From Marsupella aquatica (Eukaryota > Plantae > Marchantiophyta), in the NCBI GenBank assembly GCA_973895155.1, contig OZ316896.1, forward strand, positions 10,179,525 to 10,243,524: a stretch of 64,000 nt of DNA, written 5' to 3'. The notes beneath the pieces are model-generated. The model worked only from the letters and a program-made list of their open reading frames with translations, had not been told where the DNA came from and did not search any database. The translations under genes and the position numbers were made by a program. Positions within the stretch are counted from its first letter, which is position 1. Each line of letters begins with the position of its first letter. Positions 1 through 14,500 of this stretch are shown piece by piece.

Positions 1-3000
1 CAAATCTTGATCTGGCTGTGGATTTGAGCTATGCACTCGAGCGCACCGAAACTGGGTATAGACGGCAGTGATATTTTCGGGCTCTCAGATTTGAGAGGGG
101 TTGCAGAATTGTGTGAAAATAGCAAAGTGATTCAATGACCACACTGAAGTCGGGTCCTCTCTTCCTAGCAGTGGGCCCTCAGTTATGGTCACGACTCCTG
201 AGCGTGACTGGTCAGGCCTCACATTTTCGGGGCTCACATTCACCGCCTGACCAGTCGCTCCCGCTCAATGTACAAACGTTTAGGAAGGCTACAGGGCGAG
301 CCTTGATTTTCAGTAAATTCGTATATAGGTTTCAATTAATCCAACGGACTCTGGAGCTGCCCAACTGTCCAGGTCGCGGCCATTCTTAACCCAAGGCCAC
401 CGTCGAGGTGAGAGTCGGATCTCTGCTCTTCGACTTTTAAGGTGAATGCACTCTCAGGGAATGGGAAGCTCCTGGTCGAGAGTAGAACTTGAGCGAGATG
501 GAACAAAAGCCGAGCTAACACTCACAGAGTCGTCTCCTCCAAGAGGTTTATCGATAGATGTTGCTCTGTGCGGCCACCTGGTTCTGGTCCACTCGATGTC
601 GTGGAGATCACTTTGTGCCCAAGCTTCATCATATGAGTAGGAGCCATCGACCGTCTTGTAATTCACAATAGTCGTTCTCTTTAGCAATCTACTAAGGCCT
701 TCTAACTTCCTTTGCTTTCGCTCGCATTATCTAAAAATTATCATAACTCACTAATGTGTGCTCAAACTAGCAATCGAATATTTCGATACTTTGATTTTGT
801 CCATCACTATGATTCAAAGAGCTCAGCCATTTTCAGATACTCACCCCAATCCCCGGTTTCCACCCGCACCCCAAAATTCAATTTACACCGCGAGGGCCAC
901 CATGTAGAGTGAAGAGTAGATTCACTTGACAATTAAATATTTAGATTTGACCTCGCACCATTCCCTCCTACTGTCATGATCCACGTAACAGTGCCATGGC
1001 TCAGTGGGCAGGAGATTTGACAACCAGACTCTAGAAAGCCATCTCAAATTTCTTACTAGTTCAGTCATGACAAATGAAATTGTCTATATGAAGTGGCCCA
1101 CTAACGAATGAGTAGAAATCATAGAGGAAATTCTCTGTTGACAAAATGTCTACAAAGGTTGCACGACAAACTATGTCCATAACATTATAAATCCAACTAG
1201 TTCCAATGACGGTCGGTTCTGCTCTGAAGCTAACGTGAGCTACACCTTGTCTTGCGTACATTGAACGTCACGAACATTTCATTGACAAAATTTAGGTAGC
1301 TCATTGCAGCAAAGTGCCAGAATTGATGAGTGAGAACATTTCCCCAAACCTGGTTACACTGGGTAAACACATTGATATTAACTGGTAACGAAGGTTGACC
1401 TGGATATATATACAGGTGACAAAGCGAGCATAGAAGGCCCTAACTGGTTTACCAGAGTCGTGACTTAGAACAGAATCACTTCAAGATCTGAAAGCAAACC
1501 AATCAGGGTCTAGAATGGGCCCTACAGGTAACCTAGGGAGAGTAAGTCTTGACACCCCTTCAACTCTGCTACACCTACAGCAAAGCGTGTAAATGGGGTG
1601 ATCATGAAAAAATCTGAGTTGCTGAAATTGAAATGCCTCGTATGTGGTTTGTTTATGAGACTGATGATGCCTTTTCGTTGGAAGGGTTTATAATACACGC
1701 CCGAATATACCATGTTGAATTGTGCTGCTTCCAGAGCACAGTGCGAGTCCCCTGTTCTACAATTCGCCCCTGCACATTCGAAACATAAAGCTAATTCAGT
1801 ACAGTCGCCTTGCAACCCACATCGGCCACTACGAAAGCTCTGGATACTTGGTATCACATTCACATCTTGGACAGTGGACCCCTTGTGCAGAAGAGATCCA
1901 AGTTGCCAATTCAGTGAAGCCTTAGAACGAAAACAAGAACTTGGTAACAGACGAAGCAACCAGAAAGAAAAGGAGGCTAGCCAAATCGGAAACAGATACC
2001 TCACGGCCGAGAAACCTAGTGAGGCGATGACACAACAGGACATAGAAACATTGATAGATAGAGCATCGACTCCAGCAACCAGGGCCGGAATGACTTTCCT
2101 ACACAATCATAAGATCTAGCACTGAGATCAACCACACAACAGAAGATCTTGTCACTGTAAGATCGATAACGTTGATATTAAAATCCACGAAATTCTGAAA
2201 GCCTGCATGGAAAATTGTTGACCTAAAAGAGGACAGTTGTGGGAAAAGGAGAAGGGCTGCCGACCCAATCATCTTGCAGAGAGTACCAATCCTCCTCGAG
2301 CACCATGTAGGGCCCTCGATCCTTGTACCAGCCATCTTCATCATTGTACACACTGTTCTTGCGGCTTCCCAGCAACTTGTCAAGGGATGCAGCAGCACTT
2401 CTCAGTTCAGAATCCTCAAGTTCTATACAGTTACCGTCTTTATCCAGGCTCATGTCAGGAAACACCTTTGGAGACAGTCGTGTGATTTTTTCAATGACAA
2501 CATTGAAAGATAGCCTCTTATTAAGAAGAGACCGCAAGGTCTCCGAGAGTAAAGGTGAGTCCTTCCCAGTTATAATGACCCCACTTCCCCCACTCCATGT
2601 TACATTATCTGCAACAAAAATCCGACCCATGTCAAACCTAGATGAGCAGAAGTCTAGCAGCAACAGACACATTTGCAACATATGCATGAACTTTGAATGG
2701 AGCCGTCCGGAAGATGTTCCCTCAGCCCGCGATGGGCACGACTAAGGAGAAGTTAAGCTCTCATCATTGCCCTCCTAAGAGAATCACCAGACTGTCATGA
2801 TTTACTGCAGAAAGGATGTATCCAAGTGGGCACAATCACACACCAACAAGTGAGTCATTTTCGTTCGGGAAAGCTTCGACCACCACCTTCTAAGTGAGTT
2901 AAGATGAGCTCCCTTCAAATGAAATTTGTGGGTCCTTCAAAGTTCAAATTGGCAAACTCAGTTAAGTTTACACTATTTAATACGTTCTGCCACAACAGAG

Positions 3001-3460
3001 CTCCCAGCAATGAGCTACGAAACACGCACTGTTACGCGGACTACACAGGAAAGGAGCATGAAACTCCTGCCAGTTGAACATCTCACGGATTCGTCTAGCT
3101 TCATTTGATTTACAACGGTTGGAGCTCGGGTTTTAGACACATCTACTACTAGTTTGTAGTTGCAAGAGTTCATGATAGGTTTATACGTGTCCTTCTTTTA
3201 CTTATGCTAACTACTGTAGGACACTGTAGCTCTGCACCATCTCAAATCGTCGACTAGCCTATCAAACCAGGGGACTGGGACAGTGGGACATTGCGTCTGT
3301 TAATGTACTTTTACTTCAAGGAGCCAACATCAAGAGTTGTTAACAGTAGATTTCTTCCGATCCGAATGTGAGAATTAAGTCTTGCAGGTTAGTTGTAATT
3401 CGATACTCGACCGCGAAGAACCAAAATAGTACCGGTGCTGAACCAGCGCATTCTGGAATC
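1..3460 (-). pseudogene. Decayed, apparently intronless ORF block of unknown family, copy 1
   Basis: Minus-strand ORF fragments (2223-2687, 1061-1261, 454-687) are broken by stops and frameshifts. DNA at about 2880-3460 is visibly homologous to about 23290-23910 (atcaaaccaggggactggg; MNSCNYK..SNEARRIREM..FLCSPRNSACF vs MKSCNYK..SNKVRLIHEM..CFCSPRTCACF). No domain recognised. Confidence 0.4.
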
Positions 3461-4109
3461 ACAGATCCTAAAGTGTTTTTGCTAAGGCTGGCTTGGATCG
3501 ATGTAAGCTGGGGGCGATGCAATAAGTTTTTCAGTAGAAAACTAGAATCGTGCACTTGTGAAGACTCTGGATAGGAAAGATTGCGAACGATTCTTCTGTT
3601 GCGCTAGTAGGAGATATCACAGTACGAACTGCAACATTGAAGTACACCTCAAAACTCAAAAGTATTAGAGGTTCTACTTTAAGCATTGCTAAATCAAAGT
3701 ACCATGGTCCAACCTTGCGCGTTGAGTAGGTTTTCCTGACTGGAAATACAGCTCGAAGACATGCTCTAGAGTAAGCTCCTCGTATGCGCTAATTCTTGCT
3801 CACAGCCGATTAGAAAATATTATCATGGTAAAATTTCCCGGAAAGCGTCACGTATTCGGGCGAGTGATTTGTGACAGCAGAGAAGGCGAAATGGTTACGA
3901 TGCTGTGGGGGCGCCAAATAACATGAAAGGTATACAGGATGCTTGAAGAATGAATCTTGTATCTCCTATTGCCATAACCTGAGATGATGTTTGCCGACAA
4001 GGTAATCGGTTTTGCCGACGCCTCTCATTGAACGAAAGAGGGATGTCGACAAACATTCTGCTTGCCGGAGGGTAAGTGGTGGGAGGGGAGGAGGATAGCT
4101 GGAGAGCCC

Positions 4110-4754
4110 TTATTTGGGAGCAGAATTGCAATACCCAAAGTTAGTAAGTAGTCTACCTGTACAGATTGCAAGCATGGACTCCAGGTCGCACCATTTCGTC
4201 ATGGCCTCGTTGAACAGCTGCCACCTGACCTCCAAGTGCCGAAGAACAGCTAGAAGTTCCAGTTTCATGCACTCCAAGTTCCTCAGCTGCATCTGCTGCG
4301 CTATGTTACTAGCCTTGTATCCAAACTTATTACCGTTAACATTGCCCTTGAATTCACTATCCATCCGGTGCCTACCCTCAGTAATGCTAAGTTGCTTACT
4401 CAACATCACGTGCGATTCGTCCACACTCGGAGACCTGTGTATCCTAGGCCTGGCACACGCCACGAAATGACGGAAAGCTCCTAACACTCGCGCCAGTTTC
4501 AGAATGGGGCCTTTCACTAGCGTTCCCAGCACACCCTCAATAATTTCAGCGTCTTTACTGACATTGAACCCACAGGTGTTTGAAGCTCGGAAGCTGAGAG
4601 AGTAATCACTGCCATTCGTTTCCTCATCCGCTCCCCCACCATCCCACTTAGCTTTGAAAGCTGCGGGAGATGCACCTCTTCTCCCAAGAGAATTCATATC
4701 CTCAGAGTAGAAGAATCTCCCACCACCAGCAGAGCGTTTGGACGTGTGCCACAC
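4110..4754 (-). other. 214-codon ORF of unknown function with a helical/coiled-coil-like C-terminal half, probably part of the decayed ORF cluster
   Basis: ORF length and protein-like composition (KASNIAQQMQLRNLECMKLELLAVLRHLEVRWQLFNEAMTKW). No recognised motif and a non-ATG start. Confidence 0.25.
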
Positions 4755-7508
4755 ATGAGCTGAAGATTTTGTGTACCTTGTTCGGCCTATCCAAATAATG
4801 CTACTACTCCCTGGCGTGGTTCGCAGAAGACATCTTCCGAAGATGGATAGACGGGCATCCGTCTCAAAATTCGGACAAAGCTAGTCTACAACCTCTTCAG
4901 CATCATCTGCAGAGGAAAGGACTTTGAGGGAGCTCCGTTCATGTCACTCTGTTCTGTCTACCCCAGTACCTCTGGCTTCTGCTTCTTCAATTTCTGAGTG
5001 ACGGCGGTGGGTGTAATGTAGTCGCTGCCTAATGCAATGCGGAGAAGGGGATCGATCACCTCAGTGAGAGCAACAACGAATTTCCACAATACTGAGGTAG
5101 CATTCCCAGTGATTCTCCCCCACCTTCAATGACTCATTGTACGAGCCCGTCACAATACACGCTTCGAGAGACCATCTGCATTGGACACAGACACACCGTA
5201 TGCTTCGTTGAAATCCGAACTCAATATCTACTGTCGGATATCGCTCAAGACAAGTCACCTCGAGGATCCAAAGCACTCAGCAGAAGAGACGAGAGACAGG
5301 CCGTCAATTTCAAAATGCAGAAACGCCAGACCACGATTATCTTCTTCTGCTCACTGCCGAGAATGAAGAAGCAAGGTTCAAAATCAAGTAGACAGGCGAT
5401 CAGCAGGCCCGAAGGCAAGAAGACTGGAAAGTATTGTTCAACACTTCTCTACAACAGTGCTGCTCCAGTAAGTCAATGTGACATCTCATCCCTCCACCTG
5501 GAACTGGAGCTGGAAGAACCAACAGAACCGGCCGTGCTCAGGTAGGAGGAGCCAGAGGCCAGCAGCCATGTTCATGGGCACCCACATCCCAAGATCTACG
5601 TGGGAAGCAGTCAGGCAACGAGCCAACCAGGCCCCCACCACCAATTCATCACATCAATGCTGATGACTGGGATCAAAAGAAAGTCATTGGCAACACTCCA
5701 TTTGCACAGGGCTGCCTCACAATTCGTGACGAGAGTCTAGAGCGCATAGTGTGATACTGGGATTTTTCTTTTTGTGGGTATGAGACAAACGTGCCAGATG
5801 CTGCATTAATTGAAGAGTGTATACGGTGTACAGCCGAGACACTCTTCATGACTTCATGCTTCAATCCGCCATTCCGCCGTGTTGGCTCTGATGAATGAAT
5901 GCCATGGGCACTTACTGACGGCCTGGGCAAGCAGGTAGCCCAAATTCTCGGCCTCTTGCTCTCCTTCCATCATTACAAGGAGACAGTTCTACACTTCTGG
6001 GAGACAGTTCTGGCACCTTGACAGGCTTTTCCTTGGGACAAATCCCCACAAGGTGATATTGCGTATACGCAAGCAGATGGGGTAATGATCGAGATTTGAA
6101 TGATTTAGTCATTTAGAGCTGGAGACAATTGTTTTGAGATGCTGTGTATGGTGAGTCTCGTGACCCTGTTACACGATCAAACGACAAATAAGACGAATTT
6201 TTGGCTTCGAACTGTATTCCTCTTTTAAAGTAATTTCTCTTTACACTGACTTTTAAAATCTTGATGCACTTCGTGTATTTTCCCCTTTGTATTTTTCGGG
6301 GCATTCTGGGGAGCATAATGCCATGGTCAACATGCGGATCAGTGTATCTTTTAAGGTTTTTACTTTTTCGACCAGAGTGGGGAATGTCCAGTGTGTGAAG
6401 GAGAAGATCTCAAAATATTCTTTATTTGATTATTTTCTTGACCATCAGATCTCCCTAGATTTAAGGATGACCTTTGGATTCTGGCTAATGGGACAAAATC
6501 TACTAGCAAATTAGGTGGGACACTGACTAATGAGACAAAATATACTAGCAAATTTTTGATAAAATTGACAATAGTTTTTTGGGCAGGTGGGATTTGGCTA
6601 ATTTCCGCCACTAAAAAAAAAGGCTGATGCTGATCACCTCTTTAGTAAGATTCTCCCCTACTTTTAAGAAAGTTAAAATAAAACAGAATCTCTAAGGCCT
6701 TTAATAAGTGTAACAAGGTCCTGTTTCCAAACCATTATGGACAATAATAACTCCTCAAAACTTAAGCAAAAGCTCTCATTTTGGGGGCATTAGGGTGGGG
6801 TCAGCAATTCCCTTTTCTATGTGTGAGATGGAGTTCTAGCCATTCAAATGTGGGAAGAGGGTAAACTTCACTTTACATGAACTTGAGGTGCACAATGAAA
6901 CAAAACAATTATGGAACTTAATCATTTGTGAGTGGGCCCTTACGGGTCCCTTCTTTTGTTGATGTGTACATGTTTTTTGGGTCAAAAACTTAGAACTCCC
7001 CTTGAGATGGTCTAAAGAATTGGAACAAGCCGTTGCTTGTTCTCAGGGAACTTCATTTGTTACCTCCAGACATGTCACATTTTGGCTCAGGCATTCTAAC
7101 TGAACTGCTTCCACTGACTTATAAAGCCCCCCTTACATCCCATGATGCCCTCTAACCAAGACTTTAATTTATATACAATTCACCTAATGTCCCTTCATTG
7201 CACAACATTGGGCAATATTAAGTGTTATCGAACCTATGTAAGATGGCCAGGCAGTCAAACAATCCGTAAGTCGAAGAGTTGTCTGGCAAGTGGATTTCAT
7301 TGGTGGTCTACAAACAGGAGCCAATTGTTTGATATACTGTATAATGGTGGGTCTAGAGACTCTGTTACATGATCAAACAACAATTCATACAACTAGTGGC
7401 TTCAAACTCTTTCTGCTCTTTTCAGTTATTTCTCTTTCCACTAGTTGGCTTCAAACTGTTCTCCTGTTTTCAGTTGTTTCTCTTTCCACTCACATTTTAA
7501 AATCACAA

Positions 7509-7742
7509 TAGGGAGTCTCAAATCATGTTGTTACTGGTTTTTGGCCTTAAAAATGGCTGTACCTTTATCAAAGCTTTGTCTAGAAACAAATTCACTAGCC
7601 TCTAAGTAACATACTATCATGGCATTTGATCCCTATTTAAGAAAAAGGGTATAGACTATGAATTTTGTAGTCCATGACTTTTTCTGTCCAAAACCATGAC
7701 CTAAAAGTTAAGATGCATCAAACTTTGAAGGTTGAGACCCTA
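7509..7742. mobile_element. MITE with TAGGG..TCTCAA termini (hAT-like group)
   Basis: tagggagtctcaaa ... ggttgagacccta imperfect TIR shared with 10011, 27766 and 37494. No TSD seen. Confidence 0.4.
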
Positions 7743-9429
7743 GTAGTATTGTAAACCACAGAAGATTGTGTCAGTCATTGTATGATTATTGACTAGCCCA
7801 AAGTGGGTCTCTAACAAGTCTCCTACTACAGCTAAGTGGGTCTCTGAAATCATTTCCTTAATTAATTTAGTAAATTCCCTATTGTAACGAATAGCAACTT
7901 TTGAACACGTCCGTCCAGTGTAATGGATGTATGAATTCTCCTAGTTCAAGATCTCATTTCAATGAGAAAGGTGGTGATAAATGGCGGACTGTGATAAATG
8001 GGGATAAATTATACGGTACCATGTTGGCAGACCATTATTTGAGGACAAATTCTCAATCAAATTCTATTTCCCTCCAAAAAGGCAAACAGAATGCGTTTTG
8101 TATTTTTGAAGGCAGTTTCTTCAAAACCACGTGACTTCGTTCCTTCAATTTTTTTCTTTATTATTCGTATTTTTGCGTTTTGGGGGGAAATGGCTTAAAT
8201 TGAACCGTCAAATTTATTCTTACGGATCTTGATTGTCGGTGCCAATGCATCAACTGAACATTAAAATTAATGACCTTCATAACGAGCTTAATTAGATATG
8301 CAAGTCATGCCCTAATATGAAGTGTTTGTTGAAAAACCATCCTCCTCCAAAATTTATTCTTGCGAAAATCTTTTGAAGTAGTTTTCAGAATCATTATTTG
8401 CTTTCAATTTAGTACAATATTTAATTTATTTCTAATTAGTGCAGTGCCGACTGGGCAAGGTAAGGCAACTCCAGGTGTACTTGTGGGCTGTTCAGTGCAC
8501 GTTTTCATTTATTCTGCTAAGGGAAGGAGGAAAAGGAGAGGAGAATTTCCAGAGAAGTAGAAGTATTGACTAGGCAATACTCATTATCAGATCCGAGTTG
8601 GAAGGTTGAGGGAGTTTGGTTATGGGTTGGGGGAGTTGTGGGTTTAGATCTGTGATACTCTAAACTGTCCCTCAACCCCCAACACACAACTCACCTTCCT
8701 AACCCACAACCAACTTCCCCTTTAAGATACTCTAAACCCAATTTTCCAAGACCCACCCAAAGTTTCTTGAGTGTTGAATTTAATGTCTATCCCCTTTCCC
8801 AAACAGCCCCCTTATTTGTAACTTGGTACTTGAAGGAATCCTCTCTGAAACATATTTCCCATGTCTAGAATCTTGAAACAAAAGCTCCCATGGACCTAAA
8901 GGTTGACACAATATTTTGATGGACCTTTTTGATACAAAACTCTGGTCCATCCAGGTTACAAGGTTCATGGGAGTGGTCCATTATAATCTTAAAACCTCGG
9001 GCAAAGTTTTGGACTCCAGTTTCAAGTATGCAGTTTCCAAAAATGTGACAAATTACTGGCTACTTTTTTCAAATCCAAATCTCTCTATGGTAGTTCAACG
9101 ATTAACGCTGACTTTGACGTAGTAATGGCGCCGAATGTCTCCTTATTACTAATTACGGTAATCTCAAACCGCTAATCAGCAGCTAATATCTCAAACCACT
9201 GTTTAATTCTTGAGCTAGCAAAAGAATCATAATTCCATTGCCCGGAAGAATCGGCGTCTTTTTATGTCTTTAATAAGAACCCACATGTGGCAAGTTCTTA
9301 CTGTAGCGCCGAATACCAGTTGAGCCTTTATTTTCTTGGTTGCCCGCGGGCAGGAGGTGGATGCCCTGGAGGAGTGTTTCGCTTAGTTGCCCGGGGGGGG
9401 GGCAGGAGGCAGACAATAAATTGGTGTAG

Positions 9430-9900
9430 AAGGACATATTTTTCTCAAGGTGGGTTGCCATCACTCCCAAGAAAATGTTTTTCTTAGAGCCAACTGCATG
9501 TGGGTAAATCTTTGTTTCAAAGACCTCAAAGAAATTCTTGTGTAAGCACGTATTTTATCTCAACCTGGGCTGCCGTCCTTGTTGAGAAAATGTATTTCTT
9601 AGAGCCAACTCGCTTGTTGATAAGGTCTTTGTTTCAGGGGCCTCCATGAGGCGAAGAAAATTTGTGTCCAAAGACCTATTTTATCTCAAGGTGGGCTGCT
9701 TTCCTTCTTGAGAAAATGTTTTTCTTAGAGCCAACTTGCATGTGGATAAAATATCTGTTTCTGGGGCCTTAATGATACTCAGCAATTCGTGTCCAAGGAC
9801 CTATTTTATCTCAAGGTGGACTGCCGTCCTTCTTGAGAGAATGTTTTTCTTAGAGCCAACTTGTATGTGGCTAGAGTTTTGTTTTGGGGTCCTTAACTTA
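9430..9900. repeat. Degenerate tandem repeat, about 4 copies of 115-126 bp
   Basis: cttagagccaact recurs at about 9483, 9598, 9724 and 9850, each preceded by tctcaaNNtgg..gcc..gaaaatgt. Confidence 0.8.
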
Positions 9901-10010
9901 AGGGATGGCATCCAAACATTCACATAATGCAAACCTATTCACAAAAGTTCATGTTTTGACCTATCACCTAATGCAAACCTGCTTAAATGCACTAAGAGAG
10001 ATGACTCTAC

Positions 10011-10284
10011 TAGAGCATCTCAAACCTGGACAACAACAACAAATCATTGGCCCTAACGTACCAGTTTTGGTCTTTGGTATGGCATCCAAAATTTTGTCGC
10101 AGGTTGGTCAAATGTTTGACCTTGCCACTAATCACTCATCAAAATATGATAATATAAGATATAAGATATGTAATCATTAATTGGAAAAAATATTTAAAAT
10201 TTATCATGGTATAAAAAAATACTGTGAACTCTATATGTCATATTTTGATGTGCACTTATCAGTCCCCAAGTTTGAGATGCCCGT
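10011..10284. mobile_element. MITE with TAGRGCATCTCAAA-type termini (hAT-like group)
   Basis: tagagcatctcaaac ... gtttgagatgcccgt imperfect TIR. Confidence 0.4.
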
Positions 10285-11029
10285 GCCCCATTTGCAAAGT
10301 TTGTTATATATGTCATCACAGAGGAGCGTTGGCGCGGGCAAGAAACAACGTACGGCGGGGCAGTGGTGACGTGTCCATTGATGTAGTACAACGAATTCTC
10401 GAAAACCAATGAGCCGGTTTACAGGTTTGACCAAAATGGACGGTCTCGATTGTATGATCTACTCATAACTGGGGAATCTAGAATCTTCTCCAATAGGTTC
10501 AGAGTTCGAAGCATGTCGCTGCCAAAAAGTGTCCGAGTACGACCACGTGAGCTACTATTTCGTTTATGGTACTTATTACATGGGGCTCTTCTAATAGGCT
10601 TAGTACAGTACTGAATGTGATTTATTTAGAGTGTTGCTTGACACCTAAATTGTGTTGTGACCCACGTGAGATCGCAATGTGGCACCTTAGATCTTATGAC
10701 AAGGAGAAACGAAATTTGGGCGTGACGCGAGGTGGGCCATTGTGGCCGGGCAACATAAGGAAGGAGTGCTCATAAATAAAGGCAAGTGTGGGAGAATTTA
10801 CCCTAATAGGCGGCTTTGCCTTAGGAAGTATAGAAATCACAGAAAACCCAAAACCAAGTAAATGGCTAACTTTCACTGTTGTGCTGGCCCCGAAATTGGC
10901 CCAATTAGTGAGTCGAACATTTCGTCCTCATTATTGAATACATCATGCCCTCCACCACCTAAATATTTGAAGTGAATAAACTTGTTCTTGAATAGTTTTT
11001 ACGAAACAGAGAGTGAGACCAATATTGCA

Positions 11030-11510
11030 ATAATGGTTGGCCGTGGACCAGGCCATGTGGCTGATTGCCTGACTCAATATGTTTAGCCCGGGAGACCTAT
11101 TGACATTGTAAGTCTTTGAACATTTTCAATGGACTTGCATCATTCTTTGTGTTAAGGGAAGCCTTATCTGCTAGTTTTTGTCATTGTCATCTTTAGAGAA
11201 TGGGTGTCTGTCACACTAAAGAGTGCTAAGACATTCACTATTCTTCATGGGGTTGAGGCAGTTTGTTTTAGGGCCTTAGTCATATCCCTTGTTGGGACCC
11301 TCTTATAAAGTGTAGTCCAGACCTCTAATTAACACGCTTTTCAGTTAGTCCATAGGTAGGCCTAACTGTAGGCTTTAGTATTTTATTGTTGTTGCGGGAT
11401 TCTCTCCTTTGCTCCCTCCCCTTATTGGGTCTCTTGCCTGCAGGATCATGTCTTGCGCTCCTGCTCCCGCTTGGTCACCTTTTGATTTTTTGGCAGTGTG
11501 ATATACTAAA
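11030..11510 (+). mobile_element. Old 3' fragment of a CRE-like non-LTR retrotransposon
   Basis: About 11185-11250 translates VIFREWVSVTLKSAKTFTILH, matching HFRQRISVTLQRAQARAIYR of the 32337-34001 ORF. It is followed by a T-rich tail ending ggcagtgtgatata. Confidence 0.55.
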
Positions 11511-14500
11511 TAATATATAGATCATGTCTTCATACTCATATCAGTGACATCCAAGTAATTTATTTGAAGAGTAATGACCTGTGATCATGATCTACAATTT
11601 GAGTCTAACTTCATATAAGTAACTGATCTAGGATCATGACAAACTTTGGAATCAAGTTAATTCATTTGGACTAAATTAAAAGAATCGACAGTCATATAGA
11701 ATGATATAGTTTGGGCTGGTTTGGAGATTAGAAGGGAATTAAACACCTAGCTAACGGGTACTTTTAAACTGGTCTAGAATGATTTCAACTATGCTTGAAG
11801 GTATTTGATGGAATTTGATCTTGAACTCCATCAGAGAACAGGTCATAGAACTATCAATCCGGAAACTGCAAAGATTGAATGGAGATTGAACTTTGCACAG
11901 TCTCCTTGACAGGGGAACCCATTGCCTTATAACCTTCATCTCTAGCTTTGCAATGTATCTGCTAGTGCTAAGATACCAGCTAGTTTTGGAATGCTTAACT
12001 GGCGGTCATTGACGCCATGTGGAACTGTCTAGCGTCTTTCAAAGATCATGCACCTCCCCCTTAAGGTGTCTTGAGCTTTGGAAGCCAACCAACCAACCTC
12101 CCCTTGGTTCCACCTAGGTTTGTCAATAAGAGGTTGCTGCTAGTCATGCAACTTGTAGTCACAAGTTCACTAGTCTGTTTAGCAATTGTAATGAATTGTC
12201 AACTTGATCTAGAGTTCTTAATGGCCAGGTGAGGGTACTTCCCTCATATATGCTTCAATTTGGGGACCTACCACCCCAGACCATCTTTGACCCGTTATGT
12301 GCTGGCCCCCAATCCAAAGGCTTTACAAGGTCCATTCGACTTGCCCTCTTGCAGACCCAACTGCCTGGTCGTGCCTTCTTCCCACTCTGCCTCAACATTA
12401 CTACACTCAACAAGCAAGTCTCCTGAGGCCCTTGAACTGAGTGCAATTCTGCCTGGATGTTCAAGATTGGACAGGAGCATATTGATCACATAAGTGCAGG
12501 TGGTTGCTCCCAAAGTTCAATTTGTATGTTGCTTTCAAACAAGTGGATGAGCAGGGTTGGCTCTGGTGGCAGGACTCAACCTGGGAGCCCATCGTACCTT
12601 TCATTTCACTAAGCCTTTGAATCACGGAGTGGTTTTGCGTGCGCATCAATGGGAATGCTTGTATGCAACTTCCTTTCAAGTGAAAAAGAAGAACAAATTT
12701 AGGCAAACACGACAACAAAACACAAGAAAAAAAAGAAAAAAAGTAAGTAGTTTGAAATGTCTTACTGTCATATTCTATAAAGATAAAATCTTCTGGAAAT
12801 ATTTTGTATTTTCAATATTGTTTACATATTTTACTTTGTAAAAAATATGTATTTGAGAACATTTTGGAAATCTGAGTTTATAATACTTTCTTATATTTCT
12901 AATATATTTAAGCTAATTTTTATTGAAAAAAACTGTTTTGGACGGTCATGGCTCCTAGAATTTTCTGTAGTTGACCCCCAATAATGGACAATCATTGCAA
13001 TTTTTATGGACGGCTTTCAAACCTTATCTATCTATCCATAATATAAATGGTCACAATTTTGGTCTCAAAAATTGCTAGGATTTTTTTGAATTAATAATTT
13101 TTTTATGCTGCTTTTCTGATCGTGACAACAAAGTTGTATCATGATGCTTGGTTAACATACTTTCTTGATAGGATTTTTTGTCAAAAGTTTTGGAATATCT
13201 GCACCGAAAGGCTCATACTTTACAAACAGGCCTATTTAAATTTGGTTCAAATACTGTAGTAGTTTTTATTTGGATAAATGTTAACCTTCTGGATAAAAAT
13301 AGTTGGATAATCAGAATCCTTAGGTCAACATTGTGGCTCCATCGGAAGATCAACTTCCTACAATGCACACGAGCTAGAGCCAGACACTTCATAGAGATCA
13401 TGATAAGAAGAGTTCAGTTCTGATTGGCAAGGGTGAATAAAAGAACTTAAAGCCCGGATGGACTGGCAGGTTGTCCATGAAGCTCCCATGGATAAATGAA
13501 ACTTGGATGGACTGGGCTAAAACATATAAATATGCATGGATACTAATGTTTACTTTTCTGTCCATACAGTAATACAGACATCCATACAGACCACTGTCAA
13601 TTACCAAAGCATCAGTTTTGTCCAAAAATTTTCCCTGTCACTAACTCTGTCCTCACTCATGTCTTAAAGATATTTTGTCAGAGGCCAAAGCACTTTAATT
13701 GAAGGCTTCGCTCCATTCCCCCAATAGAGTTCAATAAAAATATAAACTATATTTAGGTCCTTCTATAAATACTTGATTTGGCCTCTATGGTTTATGAAAC
13801 TTTGAGTATGAGTGCTTCACATTTTACTCATAGTGCCTTAAGTTATTGGCTCAATGGTAAAATACTAAATGAACTTAATTTACTCAAAAATATTTTTTAA
13901 TGTTTATAAGCCCCATTAAAAGGGAAGCAAGTAACACAGTGACTCATTAACCAAAGGAACAATTCTCACCAAGGAGGCTATGGGGCAAATCTAATGCCCA
14001 AATAACCTCAATTTTTATAATGGATTCATATTTTTCTACACATTTTTTTAAAGATTCTAGGGCATTGACACTTTGCCGAATGACTATACTACTTTAAGAA
14101 ATGTTTTTACATAATCTTGTATTTTATATAACATTGCTCTTGTTACCAGGATTGAAGAAAGTTTTTTATTGTGGAGGTAAAGGAAATTTTAATTTGCATA
14201 AGCAATTGCTGAATACTATTTTTGACAGACGATTGTTCTTATTGTAAATAATGTTTTGACTATTGCTATAGTGCTACTTGAGATTTTTTGGGGGAGTATT
14301 GTTAATGAATCCTATTTTTAGAGAGTGCTGCTCTTGTTACAAGGAGTGCTTTGAGTACTTTGCCATGGCAGAGATGCAGAAGATTTTAAATGTGTGTTTT
14401 CATTTCATTGACACTCTCAATTTGACTTTGAAGTGAGCACATAATGTTCTTAGAGAGACAAAAATGTAGGTAAACAATTAATGACAGAGTTTACCATTCA

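Noticed and set aside
6585-6615. Helitron-like 3' hairpin followed by CTAA
   Set aside because: The hairpin is imperfect, and there is no matching 5' end or second copy.
9430-9900. CRISPR-like array
   Set aside because: Whole units, including the intervening sequence, are homologous; the context is eukaryotic and there are no cas genes.
11750-12520. Possible LINE/retroelement coding remnant
   Set aside because: Too decayed; no diagnostic motif could be read with confidence.
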